The notes below the pieces were generated by a model, which did not search any database, was not told where the DNA came from, and was given only the letters and a program-made list of their open reading frames with translations. A DNA stretch of 64,000 nt, taken from NCBI GenBank assembly GCA_038227875.1, contig JBBRPR010000016.1:92139-156138 (forward strand), given 5' to 3'. A program made the translations under genes and the position numbers. Every line of letters begins with the position of its first letter. The stretch's first letter is position 1. Below, piece after piece: positions 28,435-38,176 of this stretch. Origin of the DNA: Planctomycetota bacterium (GTDB lineage: Bacteria > Planctomycetota > SZUA-567 > H5-PLA8).

Positions 28435-30752
28435 AAGTCGCACGCGTTTTATTCATGATGCTGCTGGCCAGCGCCGGTTGCCGGGCCGCCGAACCGGCGC
28501 CGCCCAAGCCGCTGCTCACGATCCTCTACACCGCCGAAGCACACGCCGCGCTCCTGCCCTGCGAATGCCCGCTGCAGCCGCTCGGCGGCGTCGCGCGTCG
28601 CGCGGCGCTGATCAACCAGTATCGCCAGCGCGGACCGGTCGTGGTGGTCGACGCCGGCGGCTGGGCCTCGGGCGGAATTTACGACGAAGACACCGACGGC
28701 GACCCCGCCCGCGACCAACTCCGCTCGGAATTGATGCAGAAAGCGATGCAGGAGATCGGCTACGACGGCGTCGTCCTGTGTCCCCAGGACCTCGCCGCGC
28801 GCTCGCAGGTCCTCCCGCTGACGCTACCGGGGGCGACCGCGATGCCGCTGGTGCTGAAAGACAAGTTCGCACTCCCTATCCGTATCTTTGGCTGGGATGA
28901 AGCCAGCGCCCCGCAGCTCCCCCGATTGGCGGCGATGCCGCCTTCGGATTTCAGCGCCGCCCATTCGGAAAAGTTCTTCGACGTCCATCTTTGCCGCCTG
29001 GGCGAGGAGGGCGCGGAATCGCTCGCCAACGCCACACACGGAGACGTGATCGTCAGCGCGGGGCGCAAGTCCACCCAGCGCATCGGCTGGCACTCCGGAG
29101 AGACGACGCTGGCGAATTTCGACTACGAGGCGCAACGGCTGGGCGTGATCGAGGTCTTCCCCGGCGAAGCCGGAGCCTCGCGGAAATTCGACGTGCGGGT
29201 GCGCTTCGAACCGCTGACCGCGCAGATCCCCGACGACCCAAAAATCGCAGCGATGCTCGCGCCGCATCTCCAGGCCCTGAAGAAAAAGTCCAAGGAGAAG
29301 ATCCAGATCGAATTCTGGACGATGCCCGAATGCCCCTACTGCGCGCAGATCCGCCCGGACATCGAACGCATCGCCAAAGACCTGGCGGGGCGAGTGGAGG
29401 TCACTTTCCACTTCGTGCTCCACCGCGAGAACGGAAAGTTCGGCTCGCTGCACGGCCCGCGCGAATACCAGGAAGCCCGCCTCCAGGCAGTGATCCGCAC
29501 ATATTATCCGGAAAAGATGTGGGAGTGGGCCGCGTGGCGCGACACCGCGCGCGAGGCGCCATGGGAGGAAGGCGCGAAGAAATTCGGCATGCTCCCCGCG
29601 CGAATCCGCGGTGCGCTGGCCGAAAACGAAGCCGACCAGATCCTCGAGAAGGATTACGAACTGATGCAGCGCCGGCACGTCGAAGGCACGCCGTCGCTGG
29701 TGATCGGCAACCGCATGTACGCGGCCACCGACGGATCGATGGAGCGCCAGCAGATCCTGCGCGTGCTCTGCGCCAACCTCTCCGCGCCCGCTCCGGCCGC
29801 GTGCAAGGACGTCCCCGCCTGCTTCTTCGATGCCCAGTGCAAAAAGCGCGGCTTCGTCGGCAAATGCAGCGATGCCGGGAAACCCGGCGCGGCCTGCGAC
29901 TTTTCAAAGCCCGCCGTCGTGGTGCCGGCCGTGGTGATCGACGATCGTGAGAACGTCTACGACAACTACGAACACATTCTCGACCTGATCGTCAATGACC
30001 TGCCCGGCCTGCAGCACCGCGTCATCGACGTCTCGACACCCGAGGCCCGCACGCTGATCGAAAAACTGAAGCTGGTGCGCCTCCCGGCCTACGTGCTCGA
30101 CGCCGTCGCCAAGACGGAAACCAATTTCGAGGACGGCATCGGGAAGGTCGTCTCCGAAAACGCCGCGGAGAAAAAGCTGGTCGTCCAACCCCTGGCCGTC
30201 GGCGCCCACCGGTTACTTAACCGCGAGCGCATCAAGGGGCGCGTCGACCTGTTTGTCTCTCGCTTCAGCAAAAGCGGCCAGGAGTCGCTCGAAGCCGCTT
30301 TAGAATACGTCAAAACGCTCGGCGCCGACGCCCCCGAACTGGTCGTGCACGACGCGCTCTACCTGAAGCAGAAAGACGAGGCCGGCAGCCAGGAACTCGC
30401 CGCATCTGGCGGCATCGCCGAACTGGAAGAAGCCGCGCGCGCCTTGGCCGTCCGCAAAATAGCACCGGAAAAGTTCGAAGCGTACCTGCTCGAACGCGGC
30501 AAAAAGCGCGGGAGCTCGTACTGGGATGTGGCCTTGAATACGCTGAAAATCGACGCCAACAAAGTCCGCGAACTGGCCGACGCGCCGGAAATCCTGGCGC
30601 AACTTCAGGCCGAAGCCGCGCTGCTGAAGAACATCGAAGCCGGCGGCGAAATCTCCTTCCTCGGCGAGAACTGCGAGCTCATCGCCATCCGCTCGCGCGA
30701 AGACCTTCGCCACACGCTGGAAGCCATCGGGAGGCACCGGCCGCGGAAGTAA
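28431..30752 (+). CDS. Secreted multidomain protein: degenerate UshA-like domain with CxC plus thioredoxin/DsbA-like domains
   Basis: ILYTAEAH..LLPCECP..PLGGVARRA, VVDAGG; CPYC...SLHGPRE...GTPSLV; six-Cys linker. Confidence 0.75.
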   Translation: MKVARVLFMMLLASAGCRAAEPAPPKPLLTILYTAEAHAALLPCECPLQPLGGVARRAALINQYRQRGPVVVVDAGGWASGGIYDEDTDGDPARDQLRSELMQKAMQEIGYDGVVLCPQDLAARSQVLPLTLPGATAMPLVLKDKFALPIRIFGWDEASAPQLPRLAAMPPSDFSAAHSEKFFDVHLCRLGEEGAESLANATHGDVIVSAGRKSTQRIGWHSGETTLANFDYEAQRLGVIEVFPGEAGASRKFDVRVRFEPLTAQIPDDPKIAAMLAPHLQALKKKSKEKIQIEFWTMPECPYCAQIRPDIERIAKDLAGRVEVTFHFVLHRENGKFGSLHGPREYQEARLQAVIRTYYPEKMWEWAAWRDTAREAPWEEGAKKFGMLPARIRGALAENEADQILEKDYELMQRRHVEGTPSLVIGNRMYAATDGSMERQQILRVLCANLSAPAPAACKDVPACFFDAQCKKRGFVGKCSDAGKPGAACDFSKPAVVVPAVVIDDRENVYDNYEHILDLIVNDLPGLQHRVIDVSTPEARTLIEKLKLVRLPAYVLDAVAKTETNFEDGIGKVVSENAAEKKLVVQPLAVGAHRLLNRERIKGRVDLFVSRFSKSGQESLEAALEYVKTLGADAPELVVHDALYLKQKDEAGSQELAASGGIAELEEAARALAVRKIAPEKFEAYLLERGKKRGSSYWDVALNTLKIDANKVRELADAPEILAQLQAEAALLKNIEAGGEISFLGENCELIAIRSREDLRHTLEAIGRHRPRK

Positions 30753-30825
30753 TTGTCCACGGCGCGCACTGCCAGTATCATCTGCGCTTTCATTTTCATC
30801 CGTTCAAATAAGGGAGCACCAGGCA

Positions 30826-32082
30826 ATGGCGAAGAAGTCTGAAAAAGCAGGCAGCGGCAATGGTAAGAAGGGTGAGAAGGTCATCCTGCTCTATTCCGGC
30901 GGCCTCGACACGAGCGTGATCGTCCGCTGGCTGGCCGACAAGGGCTTTGACGTGATCTGCGTCACCGTCGATGTCGGACAGCAGGACGAAGTCAATTTCG
31001 AGAAGAAGGCGCTGGGCAGCGGCGCGAGCAAGTTCATCCTCCGCGACATCAAGGACGAATTCGTCCGCGACGGCGTCTTCCAGTGCATTCGCGCAGAAGC
31101 CAAGTACGAAGGCCGCTACCTTCTCGGCACCTCGATCGCGCGTCCGTTCATCATCAAGGCTGTCGTCGATGTCGCCAAGGCCGAGAAGGCGACGATCGTC
31201 GCTCACGGCGCGACCGGCAAGGGCAACGACCAGTGTCGCTTCGAACTGGCCACGTACGCGCTGCTCCCCGGCGCCCGGATCATCGCCCCATGGCGCGATC
31301 CGGAATTCCGCGAACTGATCCCCGGCCGCAAGGAAGCGATCGAGTACGCGGCCAAGCACAACATTCCGATCCAAGCCAGTTCCAAGAAGCCCTGGTCGAC
31401 GGATCCGAATCTCCAGCACCGCAGCCACGAAGCCGGCGAGCTCGAAGATCCGTGGTACAAGCCGCGCGACGAGATGTTCCAGCTGATCACCCCGCCGCAG
31501 CAGGCGCCGGACAAGACCGAAGTCGTCGAAATCGAGTTCGAACGCGGCACGCCCGTTGGCGTCAACGGCAAGCGCCTGGCTCCCGTTCCGCTGATGGAAA
31601 AGTTGAACGTGATCGCGGGACGCAACGGCGTGGGCATCTGCGACATGGTCGAAAACCGCTTCGTCGGCATGAAAAGCCGCGGCGTGTACGAAGCCCCCGG
31701 CGCGACGCTTCTCTACGAGTGCCACCGCGATCTCGAAGGCCTCACGATGGACCGTGAAGTCATGCACATCCGCGACACGCTGATCCCCAAGTACGCCGAA
31801 CTGATTTACTACGGCTACTGGTTCCACCCGGCCAAGGACTGCCTCGACGCGTACATTAACGAGAGCCAGAAAAACGTGACCGGCGTGGTGCGCTGCGAGC
31901 TCTATAAAGGAACGCTGCGCGTCACCGGACGAAAGTCGCCCTTCTCGCTTTACGATGCGAACATCGCGACGATGGAAGCCGGCGGCTCGTACAATCAGGA
32001 CGACGCGACAGGCTTTTTGCGCATCGTCGGTCTGCCGACGCGCGTAATGGCCAATCTGAAGTCGCGCGGCATGGTTGACTGA
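30826..32082 (+). CDS. argG: Argininosuccinate synthase
   Basis: YSGGLDTS, HGATGKGNDQ, ENRFVGMKSRGVYEAPG. Confidence 0.97.
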   Translation: MAKKSEKAGSGNGKKGEKVILLYSGGLDTSVIVRWLADKGFDVICVTVDVGQQDEVNFEKKALGSGASKFILRDIKDEFVRDGVFQCIRAEAKYEGRYLLGTSIARPFIIKAVVDVAKAEKATIVAHGATGKGNDQCRFELATYALLPGARIIAPWRDPEFRELIPGRKEAIEYAAKHNIPIQASSKKPWSTDPNLQHRSHEAGELEDPWYKPRDEMFQLITPPQQAPDKTEVVEIEFERGTPVGVNGKRLAPVPLMEKLNVIAGRNGVGICDMVENRFVGMKSRGVYEAPGATLLYECHRDLEGLTMDREVMHIRDTLIPKYAELIYYGYWFHPAKDCLDAYINESQKNVTGVVRCELYKGTLRVTGRKSPFSLYDANIATMEAGGSYNQDDATGFLRIVGLPTRVMANLKSRGMVD

Positions 32083-32183
32083 ACGGCAGCGCACTGACGC
32101 GCGAGGGGCCAAGCGTCAGGGGCCAGAAGTGGGGCCGCGATTCCGGCGACGTTAGAGCAGGGCGACGGGTAGGTTCTAGAACA

Positions 32184-32211
32184 ACACCGGCTGCCAATTG
32201 GCAGCCGGTGT
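32184..32211. terminator. Perfect 28-bp palindrome between convergent argG and the PhyH-family gene
   Basis: acaccggctgccaattggcagccggtgt. Confidence 0.55.
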
Positions 32212-32234
32212 ATTAGGTAGCAAGTGAAGTTCAA

Positions 32235-33065
32235 TTATGCGTTGGCGGCAGTGACTGCAGGTTCCAAAGCTTCAATCTCTCCCAGCGGCAAATTCGAGAC
32301 GAGCGGAAATTTTGGACCCGCCAAGCGCTCACCGACCTGAAATTCATCCTTGTCGATCACGCAGTGACCATTTCCGGAGTACGTCGTGCCGTCGGGCATG
32401 TACAGAATGGCCATCGCTTCGCGCATGCCATCGGTGCGGTTCGGGCCGGCGTAGTGGAACGTCAGTCCGTTATGGAATGTGCACGAACCAGCCTTCAACT
32501 GACACGTCACCGGCTTGATGCCCTTGACCTGCGGCGCGATTTCGAACAGGTCCTGCGGGTTGCCCAGGTTCACGGGCTGAATGTTGGGAAACTTCTGAGT
32601 GCCGGGAATGAACGACATGCAGCCATTGGAAATCGTCGCGTCGCGAAGCGCGATCCAGATGCTGGTCTGGTGCGCCTTTTCGCGGTGCGGCCAGTAGTGC
32701 GTGTCCTGATGCCACGGCGTCTTGGAGCCGGTCTGTGGTTCCTTGAACAAGGCTTGGTCGTGCCAGAGGCGCATGCGGAATCCGCTGAGCCGCGCGGCGA
32801 TGTTGCCAAATCGCGGCGAGAGCACGAATTCCTTCACCGCCGGATGCCGCTGCCAGAGGTTCACTTTCTGAATAAAAATCTGCTCGTAAGAGCTTTTGTG
32901 TTTGGCAGCGTTGTCCGGAATGTTTTCGTCGGAGACGGCGGCCTCAACCGCGGTGCGCAGTTGCTCCAGATCGGCTCCGGTGATCACGTCGTTGAGTTGT
33001 ATGAATCCATTTTCGCGGTAGAAGGCAATCTGTTCCTCGGTCAACGCGTAGTCGCCGTTCAGCAT
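32235..33065 (-). CDS. PhyH-family Fe(II)/2-oxoglutarate dioxygenase
   Basis: LTEEQIAFYRENGF, TPWHQD, IWIAL...NGCM.FIPGT, FH.GLT.H.AG.N. Confidence 0.92.
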   Translation of the reverse strand: MLNGDYALTEEQIAFYRENGFIQLNDVITGADLEQLRTAVEAAVSDENIPDNAAKHKSSYEQIFIQKVNLWQRHPAVKEFVLSPRFGNIAARLSGFRMRLWHDQALFKEPQTGSKTPWHQDTHYWPHREKAHQTSIWIALRDATISNGCMSFIPGTQKFPNIQPVNLGNPQDLFEIAPQVKGIKPVTCQLKAGSCTFHNGLTFHYAGPNRTDGMREAMAILYMPDGTTYSGNGHCVIDKDEFQVGERLAGPKFPLVSNLPLGEIEALEPAVTAANA

Positions 33066-33172
33066 GGATTGAAATCCTTTGTCACGAGAAATATGGCCAG
33101 CACTCCTTCGAACGTGCTAGACTCTACCTCCAGTAGCAGCCACAGCCTTGTAGGATTAAGACAAAAACTTGT

Positions 33173-34126
33173 ATGAATCCGGCATTTAGCGACTTAAAAG
33201 CGGCCACCTCCCGGCCCCGGCTCAAGCCGGAATGGACCATCCGGCAGGCCGCCGTGCAGCTCTCCGCCAGCCGTCCCATGCGCGCGCAGAACATCGACGT
33301 CAACAGAATCGTCCGCCCTCACGACCACGATTATTACGAAATCTGCGTCGCCCACTCCGGTACGGCTCTCCACCAGACCGACACCTACGACCGCGTGTTG
33401 ACGCCCGGCTCCGTCGTGGTCATGGCGCCGGGGCAGACGCATGGTTTTACGCAGGTTGAAAATTTGAATGTGACGAACATCTACTATCTCGCGGAGTGGC
33501 TGCTGGCCGATCTTCGGGCCTTGTGGGAACACGACGGACTGGTGCCGCTCTTTCTCTCGGCCAGTTTGTTCCGCCGGCCAATGTCGGATGTTCCCGTGCC
33601 CCAATTTACGCTCACGCCCGAACAGCTGCGGAGCTGCTGCCGGGAACTCGACGACGCCACGCGCGAACGAGACTCGGCCAAGCCCTCGCTGGTCATGCTC
33701 AAAGCGTGTCTGCTAAAGTTCCTGATCGGCCTGAGCCGCGCCTACGTGCAGAGCGAGCCGGAACGGCAACTGGGCTTCGGCTTCCGCCGCCAGATCTGGA
33801 CGGCGCTGGAACACATCGAAGAATCGATTCGCCAGTCGACACCGTTTTCCGTAGATGAGCTGGCGACAGAAGTCGACATGTCAACGGACCATCTCAGTCG
33901 GATTTTCAAGGAGGCCACCGGCTGGGCGCCGATGGATTATTTTCAGCGGCGGCGCATCCACCACGCCTGCACGTGGCTGCTGAATCCGCGGAACTCGATC
34001 ACCGATGTCGCCTATGCGCTCGGCTTTTCAGACGCGGCCCATTTCAGCCGGCTCTTCCGCCGCTACCAGGGCCAGACGCCACGCGATTATCGCAAGATGT
34101 ACGCCAGCGACACTATTCCTCGATGA
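33173..34126 (+). CDS. AraC-family regulator
   Basis: HDHDYYEI cupin; GFSDAAHFSRLFRR; divergent from the PhyH gene. Confidence 0.92.
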   Translation: MNPAFSDLKAATSRPRLKPEWTIRQAAVQLSASRPMRAQNIDVNRIVRPHDHDYYEICVAHSGTALHQTDTYDRVLTPGSVVVMAPGQTHGFTQVENLNVTNIYYLAEWLLADLRALWEHDGLVPLFLSASLFRRPMSDVPVPQFTLTPEQLRSCCRELDDATRERDSAKPSLVMLKACLLKFLIGLSRAYVQSEPERQLGFGFRRQIWTALEHIEESIRQSTPFSVDELATEVDMSTDHLSRIFKEATGWAPMDYFQRRRIHHACTWLLNPRNSITDVAYALGFSDAAHFSRLFRRYQGQTPRDYRKMYASDTIPR

Positions 34127-34487
34127 TCGTCTCGCGGTGCGCGCTGGAGAACGCGACGAGCAACTCCGCATTCGTGGCGCCCACGTTGATCGCCTGATGC
34201 TTCAGGTTGCGCGGAATCAGGATCGCCTCTCCGGCTTTCATGCGCAAATTCGGAGTGCCCTCGACCACATGCTCGATTTCACCCGCGATGACATAGAGGA
34301 CTTCTTCGCAGTTGGGATGACGGTGGAGCGGGTTGCGCCCGCCGGCCGCCACGATGGTATGTCCGAGCGTCAATTCCCGCGCGCCATTCACTGAGGCGCT
34401 GGTCAGCCAGTGCAACGCGCCCCACGCGTAGTTTTCCGCCTGAACTTCCGATTTGCGCATCACTTTGACTTGAGGTGCTGAAGACAT
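34113..34487 (-). CDS. Cupin-domain protein
   Basis: PLHRHPNCEEVLYVIAG...GEAILIP..LKH. Confidence 0.88.
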   Translation of the reverse strand: MSSAPQVKVMRKSEVQAENYAWGALHWLTSASVNGARELTLGHTIVAAGGRNPLHRHPNCEEVLYVIAGEIEHVVEGTPNLRMKAGEAILIPRNLKHQAINVGATNAELLVAFSSAHRETIIEE

Positions 34488-34497
34488 GGGCGTCCTT

Positions 34498-35589
34498 TCA
34501 TTTTTGAAGAGTGGCCAGATCGGCGATGCGCACGGACTGTCCCTGGCTCAGCAGCGCGGCTTCGTAGCACTCCATCACCCAGCGCGCTTCTTCCAGCGTA
34601 CCCACGGTTGGCGCAGTGTTGTTCAGACAGGACGTCACAAAATGATCGAGCTCCTGCACGAAGCCCTGCACGAAAATCGCTTTGTTGTAGAGCGTCGAGA
34701 GTGTGTGCTGCAGGTCGTAGGTGATGGCGGAGCTTTCGTCGGTTCCGGCGGTGAAGTCGAAGCCGCGTCCGTAATCGAACGGTGCGCCGGGGCGGTGGAG
34801 GGTGAGCTTCACGTTGTTGTCGCAGACGATATGGCCTTTCTCGCAGACAATTTCGTAGTTCTCCATGATTCCGGAATTCGAATGCCCGGCCGCGTCGTGA
34901 ATGCATGCGGTCGCGCCCGATTCAAAATCGATGATCACAAATCCGCCCCCGCGCGGCGAGAGGTGCGTCGTCACGGACTCGGCGCGGCCGGCGAGATGGA
35001 CGAACATGCTGAGCGGGTGGACGCCGTTGCCAAGCCAGTTGTTCGGCTTCTTTTCCGCGAGGACACGGGGACCATCCGCGGGAATTCCGAGCGGATAACG
35101 CGCCGTCAGCGTCCGCATTTTTCCGAAGCTTCCGCCACTCAACGCTTCTTTGATTTTACGCGTGACGGGCATGAACGCTTTTTTGAAACCTACCGCGACG
35201 AAGCGTTGATGCGCCTCGCGGGCTGCAATCATCTTCGCCACGCCGGCGACATCTTCGGCTGGCGGTTTGTCCATCCACACATGCAAGCCAGCGGCGAGCG
35301 CTTGGCAGGCGAGGTCGGGATGCTGCTTGGGGCCCACGCACATCACCACGGCCTCGGCGACGTTGGCCGCGAGCAGATCTTTCATCGATGCGAATGCCGA
35401 ATCCTGCGATGGAGCTCCAAAATGGGCGGCGTATTTTCGCGCGCGGTCAATGTCCGCATCGCAGAAGGCGACGCATTCCGCGGCAAGGTAGTCGAAGCAG
35501 GGAATAATGCTGCGGTAGGCGTGGTTGCCGCAGCCGACGATTGCCACTTTCAGCCGCCGTCCTTCTTCGTGTGCCAGCATGATGGCCAT
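34498..35589 (-). CDS. Gfo/Idh/MocA-family oxidoreductase
   Basis: KVAIVGCG; ALAAGLHVWMDKP; NGVHPL. Confidence 0.9.
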   Translation of the reverse strand: MAIMLAHEEGRRLKVAIVGCGNHAYRSIIPCFDYLAAECVAFCDADIDRARKYAAHFGAPSQDSAFASMKDLLAANVAEAVVMCVGPKQHPDLACQALAAGLHVWMDKPPAEDVAGVAKMIAAREAHQRFVAVGFKKAFMPVTRKIKEALSGGSFGKMRTLTARYPLGIPADGPRVLAEKKPNNWLGNGVHPLSMFVHLAGRAESVTTHLSPRGGGFVIIDFESGATACIHDAAGHSNSGIMENYEIVCEKGHIVCDNNVKLTLHRPGAPFDYGRGFDFTAGTDESSAITYDLQHTLSTLYNKAIFVQGFVQELDHFVTSCLNNTAPTVGTLEEARWVMECYEAALLSQGQSVRIADLATLQK

Positions 35590-35591
35590 GG

Positions 35592-36269
35592 TTAGCGCGC
35601 TCCCTTTTTGGTTCGAACGGTTTTCGGCGGCGCGCAGAAGATGGCCAGAAACGTCACCGGCCCGCCCTTCGGGTGCGGAGCGTGTGGCTTGCGCGCATCG
35701 AAATACAAACTGTCGCCGGCTTTCAAATCGAACGTTTCGTCACCGACGCGGTAATCGCAGCGGCCGTTTAGCACAAAAATGAATTCTTCGCCCGGATGCT
35801 GGAACGTCTTTTTCGGATCAACTTCTTTTGGATGAACGGTGAGCACGAACGGTTCCATGGCCTTGTGCGCGCGCCCCGCGGCCAGCGCCCAATACTGGTA
35901 ACCCGGCCCCGCGCCCGCGTTTTGTACGCGCTGGCGGTTGGCGACCGGAACGTGGAGGGCGCTGCTGGAGTCGCGCGAATTTCCATTTGTATCGGCCTGA
36001 AAGAGTGCCGCCGGATCCACGCCCAGCGCATCGGCCAGTCGCATCAGCGTGGCGATGGGCGGGGAAGATTTTCCGTTTTCAATCTTGCTCAAAAAACCTT
36101 TCGTGAATCCGGCGCGGTGCGCGATGTCCTCAACGCGCAAGCCCATGCGGGCGCGCAGACGGCGGAGCGACTCGCCGACATGGATGACTGTGCCGCTGCT
36201 TTCGCCAGGCGCCGAAGGCGATTTGTGTTGACGGGAAGTGCTCTTGCTGTTAGGAAACATTTGTTTCAT
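35592..36269 (-). CDS. XRE-family HTH + cupin regulator
   Basis: GFTKGFLSKIENGKSSPPIATL; HPGEEFIFVL..GDSLYFDA..PH. Start trimmed to avoid overlap with the divergent gene. Confidence 0.9.
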   Translation of the reverse strand: MKQMFPNSKSTSRQHKSPSAPGESSGTVIHVGESLRRLRARMGLRVEDIAHRAGFTKGFLSKIENGKSSPPIATLMRLADALGVDPAALFQADTNGNSRDSSSALHVPVANRQRVQNAGAGPGYQYWALAAGRAHKAMEPFVLTVHPKEVDPKKTFQHPGEEFIFVLNGRCDYRVGDETFDLKAGDSLYFDARKPHAPHPKGGPVTFLAIFCAPPKTVRTKKGAR

Positions 36270-36297
36270 AAACAGAAACATATCGAGGAAACAAAAA

Positions 36298-37170
36298 ATG
36301 TCAAGACCTTCTCTTTCCCTTCTGAATTCCATGGCTGGCCGGGACTTTCCCGCCGCCCTCGAGCGCCACGCCGAGTGGGGCATCACGCAACTGGACCTGA
36401 AGGACTGCATTTTCGGCCGGAATATCGCCGAGCTCACCGATGCCGAAGCGGCGCACGCTGCCCAACTGATTGCCGCGCGGGGAATGTCGGTCTACTGCCT
36501 CTCCAGCTCCATTTTCGCCAGCGATGTGGAGGCCGGCCGCGCCTCCTTTTGCTCGAAGCATGAACCGGCTCTGGAGCGGATTCTGGCGGTCGCTCGAATT
36601 TTGAAGCCTGCGTTCATCCGGCTGATCAGCCCGCAGACTTCGCGGCGCGGTGAGATTCAGAACAGCGCGGCGTATCTCACGGAGAATCATCCATGGGTCT
36701 TTGAAGCGTATGGTGATGCCATCGACCGGATTGCCGCGGCGGGATTCAAGACCGTCATCGAGAACGAGATCGACAACCAGGTCCTGGTGAACGCACGCGA
36801 GATCCGCGACTTTTTCGCGATCATCAAGCGCCCGGAGAAAGTGCGCTTCACGTGGGACATCGCCAATTCGTGGCAGTCCGGCGCGTTTCCGACGCTTGCG
36901 GCATACCACGAACTCAAACCGGTGATCGGCTACATCCACGTGAAGGGCGGAAAGAGCGACGGCCGCACGCAGGCGCTGAAATTTGCGAGCGCGCTGGCCG
37001 ACACCGAGTGGCCGGTGCGCGAAATTCTCTCCGCGGCGATCCGCGACGGGGTCAGCCCCGTGATCTGCCTCAATCCGCCGCACGGTGCGGCGGCTCCCGA
37101 TGACGACTTGAGCAACCTCGCCGAGCGCGATTTAAAATTCATGCGCGAGCTGATCGAAGAATTTTCTTAA
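36298..37170 (+). CDS. Sugar phosphate isomerase/epimerase (AP-endonuclease-2 TIM barrel)
   Basis: VIENE, TWDIAN, YIHVK metal-site motifs. Confidence 0.8.
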   Translation: MSRPSLSLLNSMAGRDFPAALERHAEWGITQLDLKDCIFGRNIAELTDAEAAHAAQLIAARGMSVYCLSSSIFASDVEAGRASFCSKHEPALERILAVARILKPAFIRLISPQTSRRGEIQNSAAYLTENHPWVFEAYGDAIDRIAAAGFKTVIENEIDNQVLVNAREIRDFFAIIKRPEKVRFTWDIANSWQSGAFPTLAAYHELKPVIGYIHVKGGKSDGRTQALKFASALADTEWPVREILSAAIRDGVSPVICLNPPHGAAAPDDDLSNLAERDLKFMRELIEEFS

Positions 37171-38132
37171 GGCGTGTCGGCTTCCTTGCGCGCCTGGAAG
37201 ATCGCGCGGGCGCGCGCTTCGTCTTTGCGGATTTGTTCCACCAGCGCTTCGACGTCGGGAAACCGCCGCTCGTCGCGGAGTTTCTCGATGAAGAGTACTT
37301 CGATTTTCTTCCCGTAGAGGTCGGCATCAAAATCGAATAGATGCGTCTCGATCAGCAGATCCGGTTTCGCGCCGGGGGGAAGATTCTGCGTTATCGTGGG
37401 CCGGTAGCCGACATTCGTCACCGAGCCATGGCGCACGCCGTCGACAATCGCGATGGTCGCGTACACGCCAAACGGGGGGCGCACTTCATGGCCGAGATCG
37501 AGGTTCGCGGTGCTGTAACCCAGGCGCCGGCCGCGCGCGTCGCCCTTGATCACCGTACCGTAAACGGAAACCGGCCGCCCGAGCATCGCCTCTGCGTCGC
37601 GCAAGCGCCCATCGCAGACCGCTTCGCGGATTTTCGTACTCGAGACAACTTCGCCATCGGGAGAAAGCACGGATTCGGCGCGGCGCACCGCGAAGTTCAA
37701 TTCGGCGGCAAGCGGCTCAAGTTCCGGCGAGTCCTTGCTCATGCGATCGGACCCGAAGCGGGAGTCGAAGCCCATCAGCAGTCCGCGGATGCGCAGCCGG
37801 TCGACGAAATAGGCGGACGCAAAGTCCCGCGCGGTGAGCTTCGCGAGTTCCGGTGTGAACTCCAGCACCCACGTGAAATCGATCTGCGCGCGGTCGAAGA
37901 GCACCAGCCGGTGTTCCAGCGTCGTGACGAGATCCGGCCCGCGTTTCTCCAATGTCTTGCGCGGGTGCTCGCGGAACGTGATCACGCCCGCCGGAGCGCG
38001 CATTTCGCGCGCCCAGGCGACCGTCGATTTCAACACCGCCTGGTGGCCGCGGTGCACGCCGTCAAATGTTCCGAGCGTGACAATGGCGGATTGCTCCACC
38101 GGAATTGCATCGTTGCCAAAGTAGACCGTCAT
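37167..38132 (-). CDS. ribF: Bifunctional riboflavin kinase / FAD synthetase
   Basis: GTFDGVHRGHQ, VSSTKIR, G..RGR.LGY.TAN, NVGYRPT, IETHLFDF. Confidence 0.96.
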   Translation of the reverse strand: MTVYFGNDAIPVEQSAIVTLGTFDGVHRGHQAVLKSTVAWAREMRAPAGVITFREHPRKTLEKRGPDLVTTLEHRLVLFDRAQIDFTWVLEFTPELAKLTARDFASAYFVDRLRIRGLLMGFDSRFGSDRMSKDSPELEPLAAELNFAVRRAESVLSPDGEVVSSTKIREAVCDGRLRDAEAMLGRPVSVYGTVIKGDARGRRLGYSTANLDLGHEVRPPFGVYATIAIVDGVRHGSVTNVGYRPTITQNLPPGAKPDLLIETHLFDFDADLYGKKIEVLFIEKLRDERRFPDVEALVEQIRKDEARARAIFQARKEADTP

Positions 38133-38176
38133 GAGTGCATTAGAGCGAATGAATGGAAAAACGCAAGAAACGCGCG

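Noticed and set aside
28431..28620. Selenoprotein in the UshA-like domain
   Set aside because: Both positions of the CxC are TGC codons; there is no in-frame TGA.
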